DNA of 64,000 nt. Source: Lepidodermella squamata. Lineage: Eukaryota; Animalia; Gastrotricha. Made by a program: the position numbers and the translations under genes. Below are positions 1 through 10,318 of the stretch, one piece after another. Below the pieces are notes generated by a model that saw nothing but the letters and a program-made list of their open reading frames with translations, did no database searches and was not told the DNA's origin. Location: positions 1,860,001 through 1,924,000 of the forward strand of contig JBLDXI010000055.1 of the NCBI GenBank assembly GCA_047495785.1. Direction: 5' to 3'. The stretch's first letter is position 1, and every line of letters starts with the position of its first letter.

Positions 1-1340
1 AGAGGCGTGGTTTTCGCCAGCGTGAAGCTAAATCATCCAATTTCGACACACTTCGTAGGTCACCACTCCGCTTTTTGTCGCGCAGACGGACACACAGATG
101 ACACGGCAGGTTGCTGTAGGGATTGGATTGGAGATTTCTCTATTACTATTCGTCTAATGTTAAGCTTGCTTTCGAGTGCCTCGCGATTTTCGGCGGTATC
201 CACAAGGGCAACGTCTTCAGCGAACTGGTCACAGACCTGAGACATTAGCATGCCGTTCTTAAATTGCTTAATTTATATTTATATTATCAGTTATATTTAT
301 TTTAATTTAGTTATTATACAAAATTAATTTTTCTATTATTTTGTGCAGCGTCCTTCACGTATTTCAGTTTTCAAAATTCAAAATCCAAAATGGCGGCTTG
401 GCCGTTGCACGCGTCGGCGTCTGCGTCGGTCACCTTGCGCAAGGCAAACACAGTCCCGAATACCGAAGCGTCTCATGTCTCATGTCTTGTTCTGCGTTTT
501 AAAACTAAAAACTAAAAGCTTATGCCTTTTCGTGACTATCATTACTGTATAGTTCATACTGTGGAGCTTTTCGCGCATAGGCAGCCTCATTTTCTCTTTT
601 CTCTAGCTCAATCTACTTTCTCAAAGTTAGATGAGTAAGATCTGGTTAGAGAATGAGAGAACGAACAGGATAGTTTTCATCCTACATCAGTATCTGCGTG
701 AGGCAGAAAAGAATGGGTCTCGGATTCGAACTCGGCATAAACGTGTATAATATTCTTACACTACGTAGTCTTGTATTTACTCTTAACCCTCCGAAAGGAA
801 TTCCAGATTTGAGTTGCCTCGAATATTAGATATTTTCTTGTTTATTTATTTACTCAGTTATCAGTCACTCTTTATTCGATACGCGATTAAAGCGCGCCTG
901 TTCAGCCCTGTAAAGAGCTGTTTTTGTAGCGAATTCGGCAAAACGGCTCGTCTACATTTTGTTCCGTAATCAATTAAGGTGGAATGCGACACGTTAAAGC
1001 TGTCTGCTATACTTATTTGTGTCCCATTTGTGTCTGAATAAAGATGCTCATCCTATCAAGAGGCAGAGTGTAGTCGTCAAGTGGTGAACGTAGCTGTTGG
1101 CAAGTTCTGTGTTTGGCATGCCGCCCTGCTCATGCTTGTGCAGCCTCTCCTGACAGACCAAACATACCTCAATAAATTTGAGGATAATTGGTTAAGCGTG
1201 AATGGACAGATATATGGTCATCATCTTTCAGTTTTATCATATCTTATCAGAATTGCCGTATTTTCCTCATTTAATTTATTCACCATTTTGGGATTTTTAT
1301 AGAGGATAATTACAATTTTTATCATAATATTTCGTTGCAA

Positions 1341-1841
1341 ATGTTCCTGCCACTTTCGTTTATCAAAACGCCGGCGATAGAACCTGAAACGGCCAAACGA
1401 TGTCTTTTCGGTTCACCTGATCATGAAGCTCTGCGCGCCTCGCTTGATTCCAGGTTCGACGAACAAGTCCGGATAGCTAGCGAGCGTTGGAATTTCGATT
1501 TCAAGGCGGAAATGCCTTTGCCAGGTGGTTCCTTCAGCTGGGAGACATCGACCGGAAGAACGCCCCCTATCAGCAATTTGAGTCCGTTGCGAAACGTCGA
1601 ACACACTGAAAAACGATCTCCATTTGCCTCGCAGCCTCGTAAATCGCTATCAAAGAAAAAAGCTACCAAACGTCTTTCCTCCGAGCCGCGTTCTCATCAA
1701 ACATACATAAAAGGTTCGATTTTCAGCTTACAAGATGGCACTTTATTATATTTAATGTTTCTTCTTTCAGACTACATGCCGATGAAAAAATCTTGCCTAG
1801 CTGTGTCACCTTCTTCGTCGAAAAAGTCGTCTGTGGCATAA
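1341..1841 (+). CDS. CIP/KIP-family cyclin-dependent kinase inhibitor (p21/p27/Dacapo-like), 2 exons (intron 1714-1770)
   Basis: CDI motifs AKRCLFGSPDHEAL and ERWNFDFKAEMPLPGGSFSWE. The in-frame GT-AG intron 1714-1770 gives a C-terminal QTYIKDYMPMKK PIP-like motif when removed. First ATG at 1341. Confidence 0.85.
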   Translation: MFLPLSFIKTPAIEPETAKRCLFGSPDHEALRASLDSRFDEQVRIASERWNFDFKAEMPLPGGSFSWETSTGRTPPISNLSPLRNVEHTEKRSPFASQPRKSLSKKKATKRLSSEPRSHQTYIKGSIFSLQDGTLLYLMFLLSDYMPMKKSCLAVSPSSSKKSSVA

Positions 1842-2526
1842 ATTTATTTTAAAGAGCTGTTAATTGAGTTGTGCTTTACTTTGTTTTGAGAGCGCATCGA
1901 TCGTCTTGTGCATTGACTTGCTCCTTGCCTTGGGGCTGCCTCTGTATATAAAACTGTTATTGTTTGATCCTGTACATTTTTCGACCCTTGTGCTGTGCAT
2001 AGCCGTATAATTTGGGCTTGAAATACCATTCTCCGACTCGTAACTCTGTCGACTTGTTGTAATTCGTCGGACATTTGTGCAATTGTAAGTCGCTTAGAAA
2101 AACTAATGTAATGTGCCCTGAAATTACATTCGATGTGCAGAGGTACTAGCCTCAAAATCAACACCAGTGTATAAATCGATGTATTTATCCTGTTATGCAT
2201 ATCTATATGTAATAGAAATACCTAATATTCACATATTGACTTCCGGCGATTTATCTATCTGTTCTTGCTGCTTTTGCGGTGAAAATTTCTAATGACGTGC
2301 AAATCGAAAAAATAAAGTAATGCCCTAATGCGTGATTGATAGGTTTTGCAAGGTGGTCGCATTCTTTTGTTTTGTTTTTGCTCACATAGTCCGGCGCGAC
2401 GAAGTATCACAAAAGGTATTGCGCAACCCTTTACGATCCTTTCATCCTCCCGTGCGCTTATTGCGCTATGCAATCAGACAAAAGGAAGGGAAGACAGTAC
2501 CGCGTTGGTAATTTTATTCGACAATC

Positions 2527-5500
2527 TTAGAGCAGGATAAAACTAGCATTAGCGGCGTCAGATGTTTGTGAAAGCAAAAAATTTCGCATCAAGGTTTTCA
2601 AGTCCTTTCGCTCGTCCATGTTATCGACAAGACGCACTCGTTTCGCATCGAGAAAATTCCAGTCGAACACTATCCATTTCACGGAACACAACGACAAGCT
2701 GCGAAAAATAATAAGTAATGTCGAATAGAGATAGATAATAGATGGCATTAACGTCTTTACCTGCCAGCCTGAATAAGCTGATGAATGCGAAGTGGTGTGC
2801 CGATACCGTCAAACGGGGCGACTTTGACAGTGGGGCGACATTGACATGGGTTTTTGCGATCGACTTTAACCGCGATGATGTGGGACATGAAAGCAAAATT
2901 TAGGTATCAATATGGGTATATTTGGAAAGCTGAGAAAAAGTTGAACAAAATGGAGGGGTGTAGCGAACGCAATAAAATTTAGGTTGATTGGAAAATCAGG
3001 TAGAAGGTGGCCAAAGTCACCCGCACACACGTATGATGCTTTTGGGGCGACTTTGCCCTAGTTTGATGAAAAATCAAAAAACCACGAAAATAAAGGAAAA
3101 CTGCAACAGTTTTGTTGCAAAAATAAAGTTAAAATGCGATAAAATACTACAAAAATATAAAATAATGATAATATTGATTAATAAAAATACAACTGATTTG
3201 TTTTGACACTTATTGTTTACCGGGAAATATATCACGTGCTTCTGTTCAGGTTCAGGGAACGAGAACGGGGATCTAGAAAATAACTAGAACGTTTTTGTTT
3301 CCATTCATCAGAAAATCAAGTCAATTTTGTGGACCGTGGACCCTCCAAATTATTTGTAACATCCATCATTCATCCTTCATCATTCATCATTCATCGACTC
3401 ATGGATATTTACTAAATGCAATACCTGACTTTTCAACTAAATGTTGGTTGCTAACATTATGCTTTTTTCCTCCTAGACTTCTTTAAAAGGTTTCTTATTC
3501 TCTTTATCAATTATATTATCTCGCAATGGTTCGCAATTATGAGCGCGAAGCAGGCAGCCGCCAGTACCGGGACTACTCTCCTTCAACGTTGCGTGAGGCG
3601 GTTTCAGATGTTCGACAGGGTGCTAAGTCTGTAAGGCAATCTAGTCGCGACTCAGATATCTGCCGGGGGACCGTTAAGAACAAGGCGAGTAATTTACACA
3701 TGAAAAAAGCTGGGGGCCAGCGGGCGTTAAGTGAAACTCAGGAAAACATTTGCTGTGATTATTTAGTCAAGTTTGCGAACCATGGGTTCCCCCTGGATGA
3801 GCTAAGGGTTAGGAGTTTGGTTCGTTCTTATTTGATAGAGCGTGGCATCACCGTTAAGTGTTTTCGTGAGGGGAATATGCCTGGGAGAGACTGGTACTAC
3901 TCGTTCATTAAGCGTAATCGAGATCGCGTTAGGCAGAAAATAGGGACTAATTTGAACGTTAAAAGGGCTTACAGCCGAAATGGTGCTAAAAGCGAAGGCG
4001 GACGCAGAAGCTGCAAGACTAGCTGTTAAAGAAGCTGCGAAGTCGAAAGCAAAGTCTAAAGCTAAGCTGCGGAAAACTATCATCATCAACCCAGCTTTAG
4101 ATTCACGCGGTGCCTTTGATTGTAAGCTTAATACTTTACAATTGTTAAAATTTTGACGATTTTTTTTCCGTAGACTTCAACGATGTCATGGACGAAAGTT
4201 TCCCGGTCGATTTTATTGATGCACGGTCTGATTTGATTGAGAAACAAGCCGCCGAAGCTCAAGCTATCGCTGAGAAACAAGCCGCCGAAGCTCAAGCTAT
4301 CGCTGAGAAACAAGCCGCCCGAGCTGAAGCTATCGCTCAGGAAAAACTCGCTCTCGAATCTCGTTTGCACAAAGTCCAGTTGTGGTGCAAAGATGTAAGC
4401 GGCCGCGGTGATTGTTTCTATGAGTCTTTATGTGACCAAATCCATGGTTTCGCTCCTCCCGCCTTAATTAAGCAACTCCGAGTTGATACTGCGGCCTTTT
4501 TGTCGGCAAACATTGAGGCATTTTCTGCATTCGTAAACCTCAAGCCAAATGGCGAAGATACCCAGGCGATGGCGGACGTTGAAGAGCCCATTGACGTTCA
4601 AGGTAAGCTTTTCTTCGGTGTGATTATAGATTTTAATTAATGCTGTTTAGTTGCTGCTCAGCGAGAAGAAGGAATTTGGGCGGATGAAAAGAGTCTCATA
4701 GCCGCCGCCCGTGCTCACAACGTCATCATATATGTGCACTGCTCAAACTACTCAAGATGCTACGAGCCTAGTATTATCAACCATGAAACTTTAACTGCTC
4801 ATGTTGCTTATTATACCACTCACTACATGTCGATTAGGGACATTTTTCATAAATCTAACGAGTATAGGAAACTAAATTTAAGTGTTGACGGAAATGTCTT
4901 ATCACGCACATAGACTAGACTTATATATCTATTTTTGTACCTAAGTAACTGTGATAGTTATAGCATGCTTCTATACGTTAGCTGAAATTGAGATGATGTC
5001 GGTATTATCCCGTGATAATGATGCTCTACCTTGAAATACATCGGTTCTAAAAATCACTAAAGTCTTTCGATTTCAGCTTCAATTTTTATGATTATTCTAC
5101 AAAATAAAATGATATTTGTTTCATTTTGCGTTGACTTTCTCCTTTTTTCGCGATTAAAACAAAACGACGTAACCCGATAAAATGCCGGCGGAATAGCGGA
5201 AAGTTGTCGAAGTAAAATTGGTCATTTTTATGAATAATGCTGTTCCCGAATCTACACAATCATTCAAGAAAACACACTGTAATAAACTTAAGGTAGACTA
5301 GCGCCGTAGTTATAATAAATAATTTCAAATTTTTAGGCACAATTCATTTCAAAATTTTAATAAACGTCAAGGTCATTTGGTTGTTTTTCTGTCAGGAGAT
5401 CATGGTAAAGCCGCCCCCATCGAGCTGTGTCAAAGTCGCCCCAGCGTCAAAGTCGCCCCGTTTGACGGTACCAATATGTACGATGTTTTTCTTTAAGAAT

Positions 5501-6076
5501 TCTTTCTGATGCTCAATCTGTAACACGAAATGCTGAATGCCACTGGTATGGAAAGTTAAAACAAACTTTCATGTGCCGGGAGAAAAGTTTGGCGACCTTG
5601 CAGTTTTTCCCTTTAAAAGGTGTCAACAAACTAAAGATGATAGGGCCAAATGTTATCGAGTCGGTTCAAAAAACGTTGCACAGGAAAGCTACCGAATTAA
5701 ATTGCAGCAACGAATTGCAGAACTGCAAACAACAAGCATGAGTGGTTCCCCCTTATGTTTAGCATCGGCTAACGAAGCTTGCCAATCCGGAAGACAAGCT
5801 TTCAGGTACACTGACGGATCGGCTGACTCCCGAGCACTTGAAGGCGGCTGAATGAACCGTTCACCTGTTAAATGGTCGCTGATACTCATTGTCATATTCA
5901 CATGGAAATGATTTACGAGGAACAATTAGCTCAGATAATTCCAAGCTGGTCAAGTCGTCCTTGAACAGGTTATTGATCGAATCATTTAGATGCAGCAGAC
6001 TGTGCTGAATTTCATGCTGCCTGCTTTTCGGTTTGCTAGATTTGCTCTTGGTGCTGACATCAAGTATAGGTTCCAT
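2527..6076 (-). CDS. CMSS1: CMS1/CMSS1 ribosome-biogenesis protein, 5 exons, exon 4 interrupted by a DNA transposon
   Basis: Manual splice 6076-5917, 5864-5693, 5630-5567, 5517-(insertion)-2761, 2698-2527 gives ...GEPLMLVVCSSAIRCCNLIR..CKVAKLFSRHMKIEHQKEFL..VHIG|IGTPLRI..WIVFDWNFLDAKRVRLVD, matching CMS1-family motifs. Confidence 0.85.
3526..3970 (+). pseudogene. pogo/Tigger-type transposase N-terminus (HTH_psq + CENP-B-type HTH); DDE domain absent
   Basis: MVRNYER..YSPSTLREAVSDVRQGAKSVRQSSRDSDICRGTVKNK (psq-like HTH), then GGQRALSETQE..ANHGFPL..PGRDWYYSFIKRN (CENP-B-like HTH), ending ...NVKRA. No DDE region follows. Confidence 0.8.
3980..4913 (+). CDS. Transposon-borne coiled-coil + OTU cysteine protease domain (exons 3980-4121, 4174-4602, 4651-4913); may be the C-terminal part of the original transposase
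   Basis: Two GT-AG introns (4122-4173, 4603-4650) splice in frame. Motifs: DVSGRGDCFYESL (Cys box), LRVDTAAFL, GIWADEKSLIAAARAHNVIIYV and HVAYYTTHYMSI (His box). The start codon is uncertain. Confidence 0.78.
4239..4337 (+). repeat. 33-bp coding tandem repeat x3 (EKQAAEAQAIA)
   Basis: GAGAAACAAGCCGCCGAAGCTCAAGCTATCGCT twice exactly, plus one slightly diverged copy. Confidence 0.95.
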
Positions 6077-6119
6077 AATAAGGCAAGCTATAAAATAAGT
6101 GTCGTTTTACTTTCCTGTT

Positions 6120-7707
6120 CTACCACATAAATCTTTGAACGTTCGACGGGTCGTGCGGCCACACAAAAGGCTTGAACAAGAAAAGATATAGCGTAACCAC
6201 GTTAAGAGAAAGATAAATTATAAATTCCAACGCGATACGCCAAGTTTCCGAATTATTCTTCGCGATAGTCAAACGATAAAAAAGCAAAGGGATTATGAAA
6301 TACCGGAATTCTAACAGAGCTTGTGGGATGAGATTAGCCGCCGTTCCCAGAAAAAACGCAACGGTCAAAAAAGAATCCTTTGAAGAATCATGGAATGACG
6401 ACACTAGCTGGTAGATCGCGGCGACGTAAATCGGAACAAGAGCGTATTTGACAAACCAGAAAGGGCGAACGATGCGCATCCATAAATAGAATGTGTAATG
6501 CCGATTATCCGATATCAAATAAAGATGCTCATATGTGAAGTAGCGAACAGATAGCATACAAATTAAGATGCTAATGCAAAAAATAATACGACGCATCCAA
6601 GAACCAAACATCATGTCAAGAGTTTTCTTCAAATTTTCTGTGGAGATATTATAAGAAGCAGCGAAAAATGCCGTGAAAGCTGAAAAATAGAAAAATTGCG
6701 GTACGTTGAAGACTGCAGTGTGAGCATTCCGATCGCCCAGCGCAACTCCTCCGTTCCAAACGACGAAAGTACAGAACGACATGCAGACGATCAGATACGG
6801 CCAGATACTCTGCAAGGAAAGTTTAAGTAGATGCCACATTGTAACAACAGGTCGCGAGTTCGGCGCTACAAGCAGAAGATAAAGCACGCCGAAAGTATCC
6901 CGAGATTGGATTTCTGAAAGATCGAGTCGCTTGGTAGCATGGAACTTCACAACGCTCGAAACTTCAACTGCCATGAGGAAGACTACCCAAATAATGTTGG
7001 TTTGCCGAAAGGTTAGAGACCATGCTGAACCAATGCAACGCATCGAAACCACAGATTACTTGGTAACCAAAAAACTTACCCGAACAGAAAGCTGACAGTT
7101 TTAAGTTTCCATTCAGACATAAATAGTATGCGAGAAGAACAAAGAAAGCCCCTCCAGGGTCCGTGTAATATAGGAATGTGAAGAAATATAACACGGGAAA
7201 TAAACTCAACGTGATTGCTTGCAGCATACTTGACGTCCTGTTTAGCTGAAATATGATGTCAGGAGCAACATTTCAATTGCATGCTAGTAGCAAACCTCAT
7301 TATATCCACTGAGCAGTCGAAGAATTTTGTACAAGATGACGACGATCATCATGTGAAAAAATAAATTCGACAAACGAATAGGCAGCACTTCGTCGCATGC
7401 GCTCCTCAAGTCCAAAGCAGGGGTTATTAACGTAAGCGGCCAGAGCAATGCTATTGTGGAGACATATAGACCAGGAGGAGTAGTAATTTTTGGATCCCAC
7501 TTGAATTTGAAACAATAGGATATTCATAACAGGGATTAACATTGTCGGATCACTAACCTCAAAATTATGAGAGCAGTAGTTTTGCAGTTGAGGAATGTGA
7601 AAAATTTCGTCCATATAAGGTTCTTCCTGAATGCTGCTGACGTAATAGCTTAGGATAATACCGGCTGCCGATAGTGCCACTGTAGCGAAGACACCAAGGA
7701 CGAGCAT
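6120..7707 (-). CDS. ALG10: Alpha-1,2-glucosyltransferase ALG10 (DIE2 family), multi-exon
   Basis: EPYMDEIFHIPQ, WDPKITTPPGLY, FPVLYFFTFLYYTD, FRQTNIIW, NGGVALGDR, DNRHYTFYLW, LLEFRYFIIP and C-terminal RFMW*. Confidence 0.95.
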
Positions 7708-7849
7708 AATTTAACCTCAGCTATAACAAATTCTATGAACATTTTTTTTTAAATTAGTTAGAATGACAGTGGCCAGCAAACAATTCCAGGATTGGAGAGA
7801 GAGAGAGATGATGATGAAGTTTCCAACTGCGATGAGTTTTCAAGCATTC

Positions 7850-8520
7850 TAGCCAAAAACACTACATAGATTTGGCAGAAAATAGCCAACTCCGTGGTAA
7901 ATAATGAGGCTTCCGAAAGCACGACTCAACGTCAACGTGCCTACTAGCAATTGCCGAATATTGGCTCGGCGCGTTGAAAGACGGCAAATTTGTCGCAGCA
8001 GTCTCTCTCGACCTCAGCAAAGCTTTCGACGCCTTACACCCTGATGGCATCGCCGCATCTTTGAAAGCAGCTGGGTTTGACGAAAAAGCTATTGAACTGA
8101 TCGATTTTTACTAACACGCCGCCAACAAATCGTAATAATTGGTAATTGTCCATCTGAAAGACTGCCTGTGAATGTAGGCGTACCTCAGCGCAGTGTCCTC
8201 GGACCATTGCTATTCTCTCTATATGTAAATGACCTTTCCTCGATCTGTGATGGCGATAATCTAAGAACTATCCAATTTACTGATGATACAACAATTTATG
8301 CATTTGGATCTTCAGCTGTGGAGGCCCGAAATCTACTACAAGGTGGGCTAGACAATTTCTGCTCATGCTTTAGCAACAACTCACTTAAATTAAACCCAGT
8401 TCATGGTCTCTTCCCCTTGTCACCCAGTCCATATTCCCTCCATCAGCCTGCAAATCGCTAACACAACACTGACTGCTGTCTCTTCAATCGAATTACTAGG
8501 ATTCATTTTGGACCATAGGC
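7850..8520 (+). mobile_element. Decayed non-LTR retrotransposon (CR1/L2-like) reverse transcriptase fragment
   Basis: GFRKHDST, AVSLDLSKAFD, GVPQRSVLGPLLFSLYVNDL and QFTDDTT RT motifs, with stops and frameshifts. Boundaries are approximate. Confidence 0.88.
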
Positions 8521-9595
8521 TCATCGTGAGGGCGTAGGTGCCAGATCGAAGGTTGTTTTTCACTTTCCTCCGCATTGCTAACCAGAATCGCCTACCCCTT
8601 CAAGCGTTGCATGCTGAGAGGCAGGCACGCACTTCGTCTTCTGAAACCGGTCCAACCAGCATACCTTCTGTGGGTGCTGTCTCGACTGTAAGCAGAGGTT
8701 CCTCCTTGCTGCAACTTTACCACCGCCAAAAACTGTCCGTGTTCGATGTGTAGTACCGCGGCGGGCAGTAGAGTCGTCAGTGTCGTTTCGCACATTGCTC
8801 GCCAGTTTCTCTTAGGTCTATGCTTTCCTGATGACGATTTTTCAAGTGGGAAGCGAATAAGTGGGGATTTTATTGCTATAATTCACTGAATGACTCTAGA
8901 TACCATTTTTTGCTGCAGAAAATGCGTTTATTGTTGAACGTTTCCAAACATTATAGAACAAGTCGTTCGCCGAAACCAAACTCAAAAATATCTTCTCTCC
9001 ACTCTTGAGGGTACCCGCATGCTGCGCACACAATTTTATAAATTTCCCGCGCTATTTTCAGAGGTTTGCATTTTTGCTGTATACAACCCATTCTTGCTTG
9101 GCTTATACTTACATAAATATTAAGGTGAACAATTTGAGCCGCGAAATAGTATCAAGAGGGCAGATTTTTTTTCTTCATGACTAACCTTCTGTGCTTTTGC
9201 AGTTTTCAAGGGGGCAAATTTTGTCTACTGGCTTTTTGTTCTTTCTAGCATTGTCCGAGTGGCGTTGGGTGTTGTGCTAAGCCTAATACTCGGGCTCAGA
9301 AACCTGTAAATTCTTAATTGAATAGGTTTCCACTACTTGCAGCTTGGAGCATTTTCAGACCACTTTGATCTTTGATCTGTCAACTGTCGCCGATCGCCGA
9401 TCGCCGAACTCTAAGGCCGTGTCTCTGGGTTATTACACAAGCCTGTTCACTTCTAACCAAGCACCTTAACTCCAGCTTATTACCAATTATATTTTCAGGG
9501 GTCAGGGATAAGTATAACGTACTGTACTGCCCGATGTCCGATTTAAATATGGATTTTCTTGCCGACAATTTCCTGATGAGATTACTTGTTTTTAG

Positions 9596-10123
9596 ATGTT
9601 TGAACTTACAGAGATATTGGGTGGTGTTGGATTGAGTGCAGTGGTAATTGGTGCTTACTGGTACTTCACACGCAAAACAAATGAAGTAAAAGAGAAAAGA
9701 GAACCGCCGCTGCCTGCAATGGAAAAACGCGACTTCACCCTTGAGCAGTTGAAGGAATATGACGGGGTGAAAAATGGACGTCGGATTTTAATGGCTATTT
9801 GTGGTAACGTGTACGATGTCTCTAATAGGGCCGATTTTTACGGCCCTGGGGGGCCATATGGCGTCTTTGCTGGAAGAGATGCCAGTCGCGGCTTGGCCAC
9901 CATGTCGCTGTCAGCTGATGATTTGCGCGAAGGTCACGATGACCTTTCAGATTTAGGTTCGATGGAGAAAAGCATGTTAGCTGATTGGGAGAATCAATTC
10001 AAATTCCGGTATCCAACGGTTGGTAAATTGCTGAAACCCGGTGAAGAGCCATCTAACTACGGCACGAATGACTCGTCGCCATCTAACGCTGCTGAAAGCG
10101 CCGATAAAAAGAAGGAAAATTAA
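9596..10123 (+). CDS. PGRMC1: Membrane-associated progesterone receptor component (cytochrome b5-like MAPR), single coding exon
   Basis: N-terminal TM segment, [40 protein letters not shown] and [14 protein letters not shown]. Probably a PGRMC1/2 co-orthologue. Confidence 0.93.
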   Translation: MFELTEILGGVGLSAVVIGAYWYFTRKTNEVKEKREPPLPAMEKRDFTLEQLKEYDGVKNGRRILMAICGNVYDVSNRADFYGPGGPYGVFAGRDASRGLATMSLSADDLREGHDDLSDLGSMEKSMLADWENQFKFRYPTVGKLLKPGEEPSNYGTNDSSPSNAAESADKKKEN

Positions 10124-10318
10124 ACGATTTCAAGATGATTGGATAGTATCTATTCGTTTCCGAACTTCAATTTTTATCTTTACCGAACGCTCCATGTTAA
10201 TTATAATTATTTGAAATACTGAAAAGCGCGCACATATTGCATGGGATATTGATTGACTAAGAACATTTCGATGCTTTATTTGATTTTCGACTAAATAATT
10301 CATCTCACTTTCATAGAA

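Larger units (their letters stand above)
2806..5468 (+). mobile_element. pogo-like (Tc1/mariner superfamily) DNA transposon, non-autonomous deletion derivative carrying an OTU domain
   Basis: TIR CCGTCAAACGGGGCGACTTTGAC at both ends (23 bp perfect; 41 bp with 3 mismatches). TA duplicated at 2804-2805 and 5469-5470. Removing the element plus one TA restores the CMSS1 frame. It contains a transposase-like N-terminal ORF. Confidence 0.93.

Noticed and set aside
7-560. Short ORFs and possible transposon-end-like sequence at the window start
   Set aside because: No recognisable motif or paired end within the window.
715-790. tRNA-like segment on the minus strand with a GAGTTCGAATCC B-box
   Set aside because: The T-stem does not pair, and there is no D-arm or clear A-box. 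At most a SINE relic.
4239-4337. 33-bp repeats as a CRISPR-like array
   Set aside because: No spacers; the repeats are in-frame coding sequence in a eukaryotic context.
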